NCBI GenBank assembly: GCA_963706025.1
Contig: CAVPLM010000005.1
Span: 992,001 to 1,056,000, forward strand
From: an uncultured Actinomycetes bacterium
GTDB lineage: Bacteria; Actinomycetota; Thermoleophilia; RBG-16-64-13
Length of the DNA stretch: 64,000 nucleotides
Reading direction: 5' to 3'
Made by a program: the position numbers and the translations under genes. The notes beneath the pieces are model-generated. The model did no database searches. It had not been told where the DNA came from and saw nothing but the letters and a program-made list of their open reading frames with translations. Shown here one piece after another: positions 40,312 to 49,998 of the stretch. How positions within the stretch are numbered: position 1 is the stretch's first letter; each line of letters starts with the position of its first letter.

Positions 40312-41367
40312 GTGCGGTGTGACCAGATGTCGTCACAGGAACGTTGGGAAGCTTTGGTCCGGGGGGACCCGCTAGACCGCGTGCCTTGCCTGCAGTTCAT
40401 CCTAGGCCACACGGCTGTAGTCAATGGCAAGCCCATCGCGAAGGTCTATGACGACGCGGCGGCAAGTCTCACCTGTCAGCGCAATGCCATGCAGATGTAC
40501 GGCCATGACGGCTTGATCTTGCACGGCTGGGCCAACGCCGGCGGCGCGGAGTTCGGAGGCGAGATCGAGTTCCCCTACCGTAAGTACACGGGTGCGCCCA
40601 TGATGAAGCGCAACCCGGTGCAGAACGAGGACGACGCCTGGAATCTGAAGGTACCTGAGGATCTCACCGCGGTGGGGACCATCCCGGTGGCCCTCGAGTT
40701 CTCCCGGCTGCAGTACGAAGCGGGGATGCCGGTGACGGTCCAAGTGGGCTCCCCCCTCACCTGGGCGGGTTCGGTGTGCGGCGAGGAACGGCTCATGCTC
40801 TGGATCATCAGGAAACCCGACCTGGTGCACCATGTGCTGAGAGTGATCACCGATTTCATCCTCCAGAAGTCCGACTATTGGATCAAGGAGTTCGGGGCGG
40901 AGCGCATCATGGCGTTCGACCTCTGCATCGAGACCAACAAGCTCTATTCCCCCAAGCAGTTCGAGACCTTCGCCTTCCCCTATCTGAAGGAGATCCACGG
41001 CCACCTTACCCAGCAGGGAGTGGGCATCTTCTTGAGTCACATCTGTGGGGAACAGAACAAGAACCTGCCCCTATGGTCCCAGCTCGCGTACGGGAAACGG
41101 GGCATGATCAGTGTGGGCAAAGAGGTCGCTCTCTCCACGGCGAGTGAAGCCTTCCCCAAGAACGTGATCATGGGCAACGTCGATCCGGTGACCGTGCAGG
41201 AGGGCACGCCGGAAGAGGTGCTTGCCCTCTGCAAGGACTGTATCGAAGAAGGCAAAGGCCATCCCGGCGGATACGCCCTCATGACCGGGTGTGAGGTGCC
41301 CCCTCAGGCGCCGCCGGTCAACGTAGGTCAGATGGTCACAGCCTGTCGCGAGTACGGACGCTACTAA
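40312..41367 (+). CDS. MtaA/CmuA (URO-D fold) methylcobamide methyltransferase
   Basis: DRVP, SPKQFETF, Zn motif HICG...GCEVP, GNVDP. Confidence 0.88.
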   Translation: MRCDQMSSQERWEALVRGDPLDRVPCLQFILGHTAVVNGKPIAKVYDDAAASLTCQRNAMQMYGHDGLILHGWANAGGAEFGGEIEFPYRKYTGAPMMKRNPVQNEDDAWNLKVPEDLTAVGTIPVALEFSRLQYEAGMPVTVQVGSPLTWAGSVCGEERLMLWIIRKPDLVHHVLRVITDFILQKSDYWIKEFGAERIMAFDLCIETNKLYSPKQFETFAFPYLKEIHGHLTQQGVGIFLSHICGEQNKNLPLWSQLAYGKRGMISVGKEVALSTASEAFPKNVIMGNVDPVTVQEGTPEEVLALCKDCIEEGKGHPGGYALMTGCEVPPQAPPVNVGQMVTACREYGRY

Positions 41368-41412
41368 CTACCAGACTACGAGCCACCAGAAGCCAACAGG
41401 AGGTAGGGAATA

Positions 41413-42060
41413 ATGGCAGACGAGACCACCATCCTCGGGCAGCTCAAGCAGGCCGTCATGGACGGCGACGAGGAAGCGGCCGTGCGGGCGGCCGATGACG
41501 CGGTGGCCACCGGGATCGATCCCCAGAAAGCCATAATGGAGGGTCTGGCCGCCGGCATGGCCGAGATGGGCCGCCTCTACGAGGAGGGCGAGTGCTACGT
41601 GCCGGAGTTGATGGTGTCATCGGAGGCGCTCTACGCCGGCCTGGGCCTCCTGCGGCCACTGCTGGTGGGCTCCGCGGCCGGAGGTGAGAACAAGGGAGTG
41701 GTCGTGATCGGGGCGGTACAGGGTGACATCCACGACATCGGCAAGAACCTGGTCAAGATGATGCTGGAAGTGAACGGCTTCGAGATCCACGACCTGGGCA
41801 GGGACGTGCAGATGGAACTGTTCATCGAGGAGGCGCAACGGGTAGACGCCGACCTCTTATGCCTGTCGGCCCTGATGACCACCACCATCATCGCCATCAA
41901 GGACTTCATGCCGGAGTTCAAGACCAAGCTCCCCACCACCAAGATCATGATCGGGGGTGCGCCTCTCAACCAACAGTTGGCCGATGAATGGGGAGCCGAT
42001 GGCTACGGTGGCAACGCCATGGAGGCGGCCCGGGTCGCGCTCCGGCTGATGGGAACGTGA
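41413..42060 (+). CDS. Corrinoid protein (MtaC/MttC-like)
   Basis: GDIHDIGKNLV, DLGRDV, LSALMTTT, IGGAP. Confidence 0.93.
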   Translation: MADETTILGQLKQAVMDGDEEAAVRAADDAVATGIDPQKAIMEGLAAGMAEMGRLYEEGECYVPELMVSSEALYAGLGLLRPLLVGSAAGGENKGVVVIGAVQGDIHDIGKNLVKMMLEVNGFEIHDLGRDVQMELFIEEAQRVDADLLCLSALMTTTIIAIKDFMPEFKTKLPTTKIMIGGAPLNQQLADEWGADGYGGNAMEAARVALRLMGT

Positions 42061-42069
42061 GGAGGCTCC

Positions 42070-42390
42070 GTGGCCACGGTTGAGATACACGCCGGGGTCT
42101 GCGGCCACATCACAACGGTGAGGGCCACCGCCGGCGAAGGCTACAAGGTGCGGGTCACGTTGGAAAGCACGTGCCCCCACGTGTGGAAGATCTCTGGGGA
42201 TGTGGACGAGGTGGACGCCCTCCAGCAGATCGGCCTGCGGGATGGGCTGCCGCCCGCGCTCGAGGCCGCCTACACCCACTGCGTGCACGCCGCCTGTCCG
42301 GTGCCGTCCGGGTTGATCAAGTCGATCGAGGTGGCGGCCGGCCTGGCTTTGCCTGAGGACGTTTCCATGCGCATCAGCAAGGAGGAATGA
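42070..42390 (+). CDS. Small Cys/His-rich protein (DUF6951-like)
   Basis: GVCGHITTV, STCPHV, HCVHAACPVPSGLIKSIEVAAGLALP. Confidence 0.75.
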   Translation: MATVEIHAGVCGHITTVRATAGEGYKVRVTLESTCPHVWKISGDVDEVDALQQIGLRDGLPPALEAAYTHCVHAACPVPSGLIKSIEVAAGLALPEDVSMRISKEE

Positions 42391-42396
42391 CAGATC

Positions 42397-43455
42397 ATGT
42401 GGTGCGAGACGATGACAAGCGCGGAACGGATGGGCGCCCTCATGAAGGGCGAAAGACCCGACCGCGTCCCGGTGATCCCTTTCGTGTTCGGGCATTGCGC
42501 CGTAGTCTGCGGGGAGCCGATCGCCCGCGTGTTCGCGGACGCCGAACAGAGTTTCCGCTGCCAGCTGCTCGCAGCGGAGATGTACGGCTACGACGGCGGG
42601 CCTCTCTATGCCTATGCCTCAGCTGGAGGTTGGGAGTTTGGGGGCGACATCGAGTTCCCTGTCAAGAAGTACTCGGGCGCAACGATAGTCACGCGTACCC
42701 CCATACAGACCGAGGATGACGTCTATGCGCTCCAGGTCCCTGCCGACATCACGAAAGCGGGTGCTCTTCCCATCGCCCTGGGGGTCGCCCGCAGGCAGGC
42801 CGAGCACGGCATGCCGGTGAGCATGCAGATCGGCTCCCCCCTTACCTGGGCCGGCTCTGTCATCGGCGAAGAGCGCATGATGACCTGGCTCATCAAGAAG
42901 CCCGAGCTGGTACATCAGGTACTCGACAAGGTGGCGGAGTTCGTCATCAAGGTGGCCGAGCACTACGCCCGGGAGTTCGGGGCCGAGAAGCTCATGGCGT
43001 TCCACGGCGCGGCCACGGAATCAAACGCGCTCATCTCGCCCAAGCAGTTCGAGACGTTCGTGCTCCCCTATCTGCAGAGGATCAACACCCGAGTGCTGGA
43101 GATAGGTGTGGGCACTTTCTTCATCCACATCTGTGGGGAGCAGAACAAGAATCTCAAGTTCTGGCAGCAGGTCCCCGTGACCAAGCAGACTATCCTCAGC
43201 TTCGGCCGGGAGGTGGACCTGTCCACGGTCATGGAGATGTTCCCCGACCAGATCATCGCCGGGAACGTCGACCCGACCCTCATCCAAGAGGGCAAGCCGG
43301 AGGAAGTGCTGGCCCAAGCCAGGGAGTGCATCGAGACGGCCAAGGACCACAAAGGCGGGTACGTACTCATGGCCGGCTGCGACCTGCCCCCGCACGCGCC
43401 GCCGGTTAACGTCTTCCAGCTGGTCAAGGCCGCTCGCGAGTTCGGGAGATACTAG
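42397..43455 (+). CDS. MtaA/CmuA (URO-D fold) methyltransferase, paralog of 40312-41367
   Basis: PDRVPVIPF, QIGSPLTWAGS, HICGEQNKNL, GCDLPP. Confidence 0.88.
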   Translation: MWCETMTSAERMGALMKGERPDRVPVIPFVFGHCAVVCGEPIARVFADAEQSFRCQLLAAEMYGYDGGPLYAYASAGGWEFGGDIEFPVKKYSGATIVTRTPIQTEDDVYALQVPADITKAGALPIALGVARRQAEHGMPVSMQIGSPLTWAGSVIGEERMMTWLIKKPELVHQVLDKVAEFVIKVAEHYAREFGAEKLMAFHGAATESNALISPKQFETFVLPYLQRINTRVLEIGVGTFFIHICGEQNKNLKFWQQVPVTKQTILSFGREVDLSTVMEMFPDQIIAGNVDPTLIQEGKPEEVLAQARECIETAKDHKGGYVLMAGCDLPPHAPPVNVFQLVKAAREFGRY

Positions 43456-43456
43456 C

Positions 43457-45349
43457 GTGGCCGATCCCGCCGTCACCTTCCAGCCTTCGGGGAGGCGAGG
43501 GCCGGCGGCACCCGGACAGAGTCTACTGGAGGTGGCCCGGGGTCTGGGAGTGGAGATCGAGAGCGTCTGCGGCGGCAAGGGGACCTGCAAGAAATGTCGC
43601 GTTCGCATCGAGTCGGCGGCGAACGGCGTCTCGGCGCCCACGCCGGTCGAGGAGAGCGCCCTGAGTCCCGAGGCCATGGCTGCGGGGACGCGGCTGGCCT
43701 GCCAGGCGCGCGTCGCCGGTGACGTGCGGGTCTTCGTGCCCGAGGAGAGCCGTCGCACTCAGCAGATCGTGCGCAAGGAAGCCGGCGAGCGCACCGTGCC
43801 CGTCGATCCGGCCATCAGGTGCTACCACATCACTCTCGAGGCGCCGACCTTGGAAGACCCGGTCGCCGACGCCGAGCGGCTGTCGGCCGCACTCGAGCGG
43901 GAGCACGGAGTCGCCGGTCTGACGTTCGATCTGGAGCTGCTGCAGACGCTTCCCGGTGTCGTCCGCCGCGCCAAGTGGGACCTCGTCGCAGTCGTGTGGC
44001 GCGGTGAGAGGGTCGTGGACGTGCGGCCCGCGGCAGACCATCGCCGGATCCTCGGCCTCGCGCTCGATGTGGGCACCACCACTATCGCCGCGTATCTCAC
44101 CGACCTCAACAGCGGAGAGGTACTGGCTACCGAATCCGCCATGAACCCGCAGGTAGCGTTTGGCGATGACGTCATCGCCCGCCTCCATCATGTGGCCCAC
44201 GATCCCGACGGCCTCGCCGAGCTACAGGGAGTGGTGGTAGCGGAGGTGAATAGCCTGGCCGCAAAGGCCGTGGAGCGGAGCGGGGCTGCGCTCACCGACA
44301 TCCTCGATGTGGTGATGGTGGGGAACACTGCCATCCACCATCTCTTCCTGGGCCTCGATACTCGCTACCTGGGCGTGGCGCCCTTCGTTCCCGCGGTCCA
44401 AAACGCCGTCGACACCCGGGCCGCCTCCATCGGCCTCACCTTCCACCCCAATTGCCGCCTGCACGTGCTTCCCGTGGAGGCAGGTTTCGTAGGAGCCGAC
44501 AATGTGGGGGTGCTGATAGCCGAAGAGCCCTACAAGCAGGACGAGATCCTGCTCATCATCGACATCGGCACGAACGGCGAGCTGGTGCTCGGCAACCGGC
44601 AGCGCCTGCTCTCCACCTCCTGTGCCACCGGACCGGCCCTGGAAGGGTCCCACATCGAGTTCGGCATGCGGGCCGCCCCCGGGGCTATCGAGCGCATACG
44701 GATAGAGCCGGGCACCTTCGATGTACGCTTCAAGGTCATCGGCCTGGAGGACTGGCACACGAGCTACCCGGCCGACGAGGTGGGAGCCCGCGGGATCTGC
44801 GGATCGGGCATCGTCGAAGCCGCCGCCGAGATGCTCAAGGCGGGCGTGATCTTGCCCAACGGCAATCTCGATCCCGCCCTGCGCCATGAGCGGGTGATCT
44901 TGGAGGATGGCAGGCCGCGGAAGTTCGTGATCGCGTGGCCGAAGGAGACGGCCATCGGCCGCAGCATCACCGTGTCGCTCAAGGACATCCGAGCCATCCA
45001 ACTGGCCAAGGCCGCCCTCAGGGCGGGGGCCGAGATCCTGCTGCGTACCTATGGGGTCGAAAAACCGGACCGGGTGATCCTGGCCGGGGCTTTCGGCACC
45101 TTCATCGATAGACACCACGCGCTGGCCATCGGGATGTTGCCGGATTGTGCCCCGGAGGTGGTCACTTCTGTCGGCAACGCCGCCGGCGACGGAGCCCGCT
45201 TCGCCCTCCTCAACATGGGGAAACGCCGGGAGGCGGCCTGGGTGGCCGACAAGGTTGAGTACGTGGAGTTGGCCACCGACCCCGACTTCCAGCGGGAATA
45301 CGTCAAGGCGATGTACTTCAACCCCATCTCGGACATCCCGGAGGAATAG
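43457..45349 (+). CDS. RACo/RamA-type ATP-dependent corrinoid activator (2Fe-2S plus ASKHA)
   Basis: CGGKGTCKKC..RLACQ, DVGTTT, NPQVAFGDDVIAR, DIGTNGE, GICGSG, LAGAFG, GNAAG. Confidence 0.93.
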   Translation: MADPAVTFQPSGRRGPAAPGQSLLEVARGLGVEIESVCGGKGTCKKCRVRIESAANGVSAPTPVEESALSPEAMAAGTRLACQARVAGDVRVFVPEESRRTQQIVRKEAGERTVPVDPAIRCYHITLEAPTLEDPVADAERLSAALEREHGVAGLTFDLELLQTLPGVVRRAKWDLVAVVWRGERVVDVRPAADHRRILGLALDVGTTTIAAYLTDLNSGEVLATESAMNPQVAFGDDVIARLHHVAHDPDGLAELQGVVVAEVNSLAAKAVERSGAALTDILDVVMVGNTAIHHLFLGLDTRYLGVAPFVPAVQNAVDTRAASIGLTFHPNCRLHVLPVEAGFVGADNVGVLIAEEPYKQDEILLIIDIGTNGELVLGNRQRLLSTSCATGPALEGSHIEFGMRAAPGAIERIRIEPGTFDVRFKVIGLEDWHTSYPADEVGARGICGSGIVEAAAEMLKAGVILPNGNLDPALRHERVILEDGRPRKFVIAWPKETAIGRSITVSLKDIRAIQLAKAALRAGAEILLRTYGVEKPDRVILAGAFGTFIDRHHALAIGMLPDCAPEVVTSVGNAAGDGARFALLNMGKRREAAWVADKVEYVELATDPDFQREYVKAMYFNPISDIPEE

Positions 45350-45421
45350 GGCGAGCACCTCCGCGGCGCCCGGCGCCGCCACGCGGCAGCCGGGCGCGGG
45401 CGTCGTCCCCCGGATTCATCG

Positions 45422-45449
45422 TTGACAGGGCAAACCTGCCCTGTACTAT
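45422..45449 (+). promoter_or_regulatory. Sigma70-type promoter with an overlapping palindromic operator
   Basis: TTGACA-16 nt-TACTAT, with ACAGGGCA-AACC-TGCCCTGT at 45425-45444. Confidence 0.7.
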
Positions 45450-45475
45450 GGTTGTCCTCGTAGAAGGGAGGAGCT

Positions 45476-46831
45476 ATGACAGCCGGAATCGAGCATCTCA
45501 CCGCCAAAACGGTGGTGGTCGGTAGCGGGCCGGGAGGGGCCACGGTGGCGCGCGAACTTGCCCGCCGGGGACAAGATGTCCTCGTACTGGAGCGAGGCGC
45601 CGATCACCAACCGCTGGGAAGTTACGCCACCCTCTACCGCATAGTCAACCGCGATGGTCCTCTGACCCCCCACGCCGTTTCAGTGGAAGGCAATGCCTTC
45701 GGTAGCTTCCTGACGGTGGGGGGCTGCTCGATAGCGTTCTGCGGTACCGCAGCGCCCCCGCATCCGCTGCTCAAAGAACGGTACGGCATCGATCTGGCCC
45801 CCTATGTCGCGGAGGCGACGACGGAGCTCAATCTGGCTCCATTGCCCGAGCGCCTCATCGGAGAGGGGGCGAAGAGAATCCGGCGGGCGGCGCGCGCGGA
45901 GGGTCTCGACTGGCGTCCGTTCTCCAAGTTCATCGACCCGGACAAATGCGACCTCAGCATGCGGTGCTACGCGGGGTGTCGCACAGGAGCCAAATGGAGC
46001 GCGCGCGACTACATCGAGGAGATGACCGGCAACGGCGGTCGTTTGCGGACCCAGATGCGGGTGGAGCAGGTGCTCACCGACGGTGGGCGCGTGACCGGCG
46101 TACGTGGCATGGGGCGGTCGGGGCCCTTCGAGGTCGATGCCGAGACCGTCGTGCTCGCGGCGAACGGCATGGGTTCGGCGATGATCATGCAGGCGTCCGG
46201 GTTCCCCACCGCCGGCCAGGGAGTGTTCGTCGACCCGCTGATAACGACGTACGGCACCTATCCCGGGCCGGGTTCCACGCACGATATCCCCATGAGCTGC
46301 GGGACGTTCGACCTGCTGGAAGAGGGCATCTTCATGTGCGACGCCTGGGATCCCTGGCCGTTCTTGTTCGTCGGAATGCTCACGGCCGGCCGCCGGCACC
46401 TGGCCGGGAATCTGGGTCGGATGAGCCGCTATCCGCATTCCCTCGGGATCATGACCAAGATCAAGGACAGGCTGAACGGGTCTGTCGCAGCCGACGGCAG
46501 TGTCTCCAAACCCATCGAGGAGGAGGAGAAGCGCCTGTTCGCGCACGGCTCGGAGATCGCGACCCGCATCCTTACCCGGGCCGGCTGCGACCCTTCTTCG
46601 ATCTTCAGCACCCCGCCGATGGGGTCAAACCCGAGCGGGACCGTGCGCATCGGGAATCTGGTGGACAACGACCTGAGGACCGAGATCGCCGGTCTTTACG
46701 TGTGCGATACCAGCGTCCTCCCCGAGCCCGACGGCCTGCCGCCGGTGCTGACCATCATTGCTCTGGGCAAACGACTGGTGGCCGAGCAGTTGGCGCGGGG
46801 ACGAGCGGTGGTGGAATCACCGGTGGTCTGA
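45476..46831 (+). CDS. GMC family FAD oxidoreductase
   Basis: VVGSGPGG, VLERG, VGGCS, C..CYAGCRTGAKW, GLYVCDTSVLP, PPVLTIIAL. Confidence 0.87.
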   Translation: MTAGIEHLTAKTVVVGSGPGGATVARELARRGQDVLVLERGADHQPLGSYATLYRIVNRDGPLTPHAVSVEGNAFGSFLTVGGCSIAFCGTAAPPHPLLKERYGIDLAPYVAEATTELNLAPLPERLIGEGAKRIRRAARAEGLDWRPFSKFIDPDKCDLSMRCYAGCRTGAKWSARDYIEEMTGNGGRLRTQMRVEQVLTDGGRVTGVRGMGRSGPFEVDAETVVLAANGMGSAMIMQASGFPTAGQGVFVDPLITTYGTYPGPGSTHDIPMSCGTFDLLEEGIFMCDAWDPWPFLFVGMLTAGRRHLAGNLGRMSRYPHSLGIMTKIKDRLNGSVAADGSVSKPIEEEEKRLFAHGSEIATRILTRAGCDPSSIFSTPPMGSNPSGTVRIGNLVDNDLRTEIAGLYVCDTSVLPEPDGLPPVLTIIALGKRLVAEQLARGRAVVESPVV

Positions 46832-47743
46832 GGACGGCACCGAGCCGACCTTGACGAAGGTCCCGTCCTGGTACTCCTGGAATGCTCGACGGAGCTCGTC
46901 CTCGGTGTTCATGACGATGGGTCCCCGCCAAGCGACGGGCTCTTTGAGCGGCCGCCCCGACACCAGCAGGAACCGGACCGGTTCCTGACCCGCGGTCGCC
47001 ACCAACTCGTCGCCATCGCTGAAAAGGATCGCCTTCTCCCGGCCCACCGGCGCGCTCCCCGGGTCGAAGAAGCCGCTACCCTCGAACACGTAGGCGAAGA
47101 CGGCGCGCCCGCGGGGTGCGGGGTGCCCGAACCGCGAACCGGCAGGCACCGTGACGTCCAGATACTCGGGGTCGGTCATGATATCTCGGACCGGACCGGT
47201 GACGCCGTCCACTTCCCCACAGACCACGCGCACGCGGGCCCCCTCGGCCGACTCGACCACCGGGATATCGGCGCTTCTGACTTCCTGGTAGCGGGGATCC
47301 ATCATCTTGTGAGCCGCCGGTAGATTGGACCAGAGCTGAAAGCCCCGAAGCAGGGTCGCCGGACCGGTGGCAGGCGCGAGGCCGGCGTCTGAGGAGCCTT
47401 CCGCCGGGGTTTCGATCCGAGGCATCTCCTGATGTATGATCCCGCTCCCCGCCGTCATCCACTGCACGTCGCCCGGGCCGATGACCCCGGAGTTGCCAAG
47501 GCTGTCGCCGTGCTCCACCCGACCGTGCAGCATGTAGGTGATGGTCTCGATCCCCCGATGCGGGTGCCAGGGGAATCCGGGCAGGTAATCGGCTGGATCG
47601 CTAGAGCCGAAATGGTCCAGCATGAGGAAGGGGTCGAACGCCGGCACCTCGCCGAACCCGAATGCCCGCTTCAACCGTACACCCGCTCCCTCCAGCGTCG
47701 GTCGCGCGGAGAAGATCCTGCTCACCGTCCGTATTTCGTTCAC
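46817..47743 (-). CDS. Pirin family protein
   Basis: EGAGVRL, DPFLMLD, GFPWHPHRGIETITY, QWMTAGSGIIHQE, GPIVMN. Confidence 0.93.
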   Translation of the reverse strand: MNEIRTVSRIFSARPTLEGAGVRLKRAFGFGEVPAFDPFLMLDHFGSSDPADYLPGFPWHPHRGIETITYMLHGRVEHGDSLGNSGVIGPGDVQWMTAGSGIIHQEMPRIETPAEGSSDAGLAPATGPATLLRGFQLWSNLPAAHKMMDPRYQEVRSADIPVVESAEGARVRVVCGEVDGVTGPVRDIMTDPEYLDVTVPAGSRFGHPAPRGRAVFAYVFEGSGFFDPGSAPVGREKAILFSDGDELVATAGQEPVRFLLVSGRPLKEPVAWRGPIVMNTEDELRRAFQEYQDGTFVKVGSVPSSDHR

Positions 47744-48126
47744 GGCGCACCATCCTTCGCCACTCGTGCCTTCTTGGGCTTCGGCACCTTGGGCGGCAAC
47801 GAACCGACGAACTCCACGGACCGGCGGAGCCATTGCTCGAACGATTCCGGATCGCTCCACACCGCCTCGGGTACCACCACGTACTCCCTCATCACCCGGC
47901 CCGGCATGGGCTCAAAAGGCAGGGCTCCGGCCTCGTTCTGAGCCACTGTTCGATCATCCTCCAGCAGCCTGAGAACGATCTTCCGTCCGTGGACACCGGC
48001 GAACATATATCCGTTGAGGAACAGGCAGAGACCTCCGAACATCTTGCGCTTCTCTACAAGTGCGAAGGGCTCGGCCGCCTGTCCCAGGATCTCTTCCAAC
48101 TCGTGCGAGGCCTTCTCCCAGTCCAC
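47740..48126 (-). CDS. TfoX/Sxy family protein
   Basis: RKMFGG..LFLNGYMFAG, PFEPMPGRVMREY, LPPK. Confidence 0.85.
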   Translation of the reverse strand: MDWEKASHELEEILGQAAEPFALVEKRKMFGGLCLFLNGYMFAGVHGRKIVLRLLEDDRTVAQNEAGALPFEPMPGRVMREYVVVPEAVWSDPESFEQWLRRSVEFVGSLPPKVPKPKKARVAKDGAP

Positions 48127-48248
48127 TTCTCCTCCTTCGCCGCGGACGTTCCGAGGCACTTGCCAACAACGGTACCTTAAGTACTACCCATTCTGTACCG
48201 ACATTATTGACCAGAGGACCGACGATCGGAGGCTGTACCGAGCCCGTC

Positions 48249-49876
48249 ATGAGCATGACCTTCACGCCACATGTACTGCCCTTTGCCCTCGCGGCGCTGG
48301 TGCTGGCCGCTCTGATCCCCGTGGCTTGGAGCAACCGCCGGGACCCGGTGGCTCGTTGGTTCGCCTGGACCCTCGTGGCCTTCATCGTATGGGCTGTTGG
48401 CTACATCTTCGAGATCCTGTCGGTAGAGCTCGATAGCAAGCTCCTCTTCGCCAACATCCAGTTTCTGGGAGTGGCCACCGTTTCGGTGTGCTGGTGGGAG
48501 ATGACCCGCCGCTATCTTGGGCTCAGCAACATCCCCAGAGCTTTGACTGCCTTCCTGTGGCTCGTAGCCGGGGCGACCGTGGTGATCGCGTTCACGAACC
48601 CGGGGGGATTGTTCCGGGGACAACCTTTCATTGAGACCGGCACCGCTCCGATCCCCGTGCTGCACGCGGACTACGGGCCCTGGTACACGTACGCGCTCTT
48701 GCCGTTGAGCGCACTGCTGAACATGGCCGTGCTCGCGCTGCTCGGCTGGAGGGCATTCGGCGCGCACCGTTTCTACCGCAAGCAGTACGTGGTGCTGTTT
48801 ACGGCCCTTCTCCTGCCCTTGACCGCGACGGTGCTGTACATATCCGGCCTGCAGCCCTGGCGTGACTACAACCTTACCGCGGCGGTCGCCGGGGTCTCCG
48901 GATTGCTGCTCGCGGTGGGGCTGTTCCGCTGGCGATTGTTCGACATCGTCCCCTTTGCCCGCGATCTGGTGGTCGAAGACCTCGCCGACGGGGTGATCGT
49001 CGCCGACAAAGGCGGCCGGATAGTGGACCTGAACGCATCGGCCGAGCGCTTGACCCAACTCAAGCACGATCAGGTCGTCGGGAGGCCGGCGGAAGAGGTG
49101 TTGGCCAAGTATCCAGCGCTGAAGGAACTCCTCGCGGCGCCGGACGACGGCCCCTCACACACGATCAGCCGCCGGGAGATGGTGGTCAAACTGGGCGACG
49201 TCAACCGCTACTATGGCATCAGCTCCTCTCGAGTCATGACGCGCCGAGGTAGATTCCTGGGTAGGGCGGTGGTAATGCACGAGGTGACGGAGCGGGTCCG
49301 GTTGGTCGAGCAGGTAAGAGAGCTGGCCAACAGCGATGACCTGACCGGCCTAGTCAACCGCCGCCACTTCTTCGAGCTCGCCGGGCTGGAGTTCGAACGC
49401 GCCCGTCGCCACAACTATCCGGTGTCGCTCATAATGTTCGACGTGGACCGCTTCAAGCAGGTGAACGACACCCACGGACATCGCGCGGGCGACCTGGTGC
49501 TCCGTGAGTTGGCCAACCGGTGCCGGAGTGTCCTCCGCTCCACCGACATCGTCGGACGTCTTGGGGGGAAGAGTTCGCGGTGCTTCTCGCGTACGCGGAT
49601 CTCCAGGGGGCGGCTCAGACGGCCGACCGGATACGCCAGGCGGTGGAGTCGATGCGGGTGGGCAAGGGCCTTTACGGGGACGGGATCAAAGTCACGCTCA
49701 GCGCGGGCGTGACTCAGTTGGACGCCGACGCCGAAACGGCCTCCGACACCTTGGACACGGTGCTGGAGCGCGCGGACAACGCGCTTTATCAGGCGAAGGG
49801 TATGGGCCGGAACTCGGTGGTAACATCTGAAGGAGCGACAGTGCCGGCGGCCTCGACCCTGCGCGTCGTGGTCTGA
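48249..49876 (+). CDS. HisKA_7TM-PAS-GGDEF diguanylate cyclase, frameshift in the G-run at 49563-49568
   Basis: 7TM N-terminus, PAS (DGVIVAD..IVDLN), DDLTGLVNRR, DVDRFKQVNDTHGH, RLGG/EEF, ADNALYQAK..GRN. Confidence 0.9.
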
Positions 49877-49998
49877 TGGGACTGATGGGACTTTTGTAGG
49901 AGGCCCGGCTATTGACCCGGTCCGGCATGGAGCGGGACAATCGCACCACGAGGGGCTGAGGCGGAACAGCGGCCAGTAACGGCTTTTGGGGGTGTGCG

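Noticed and set aside
49563-49568. Phase variation at the G-run in the GGEEF motif
   Set aside because: A six-G run in an indel-rich assembly is more simply a homopolymer sequencing error.
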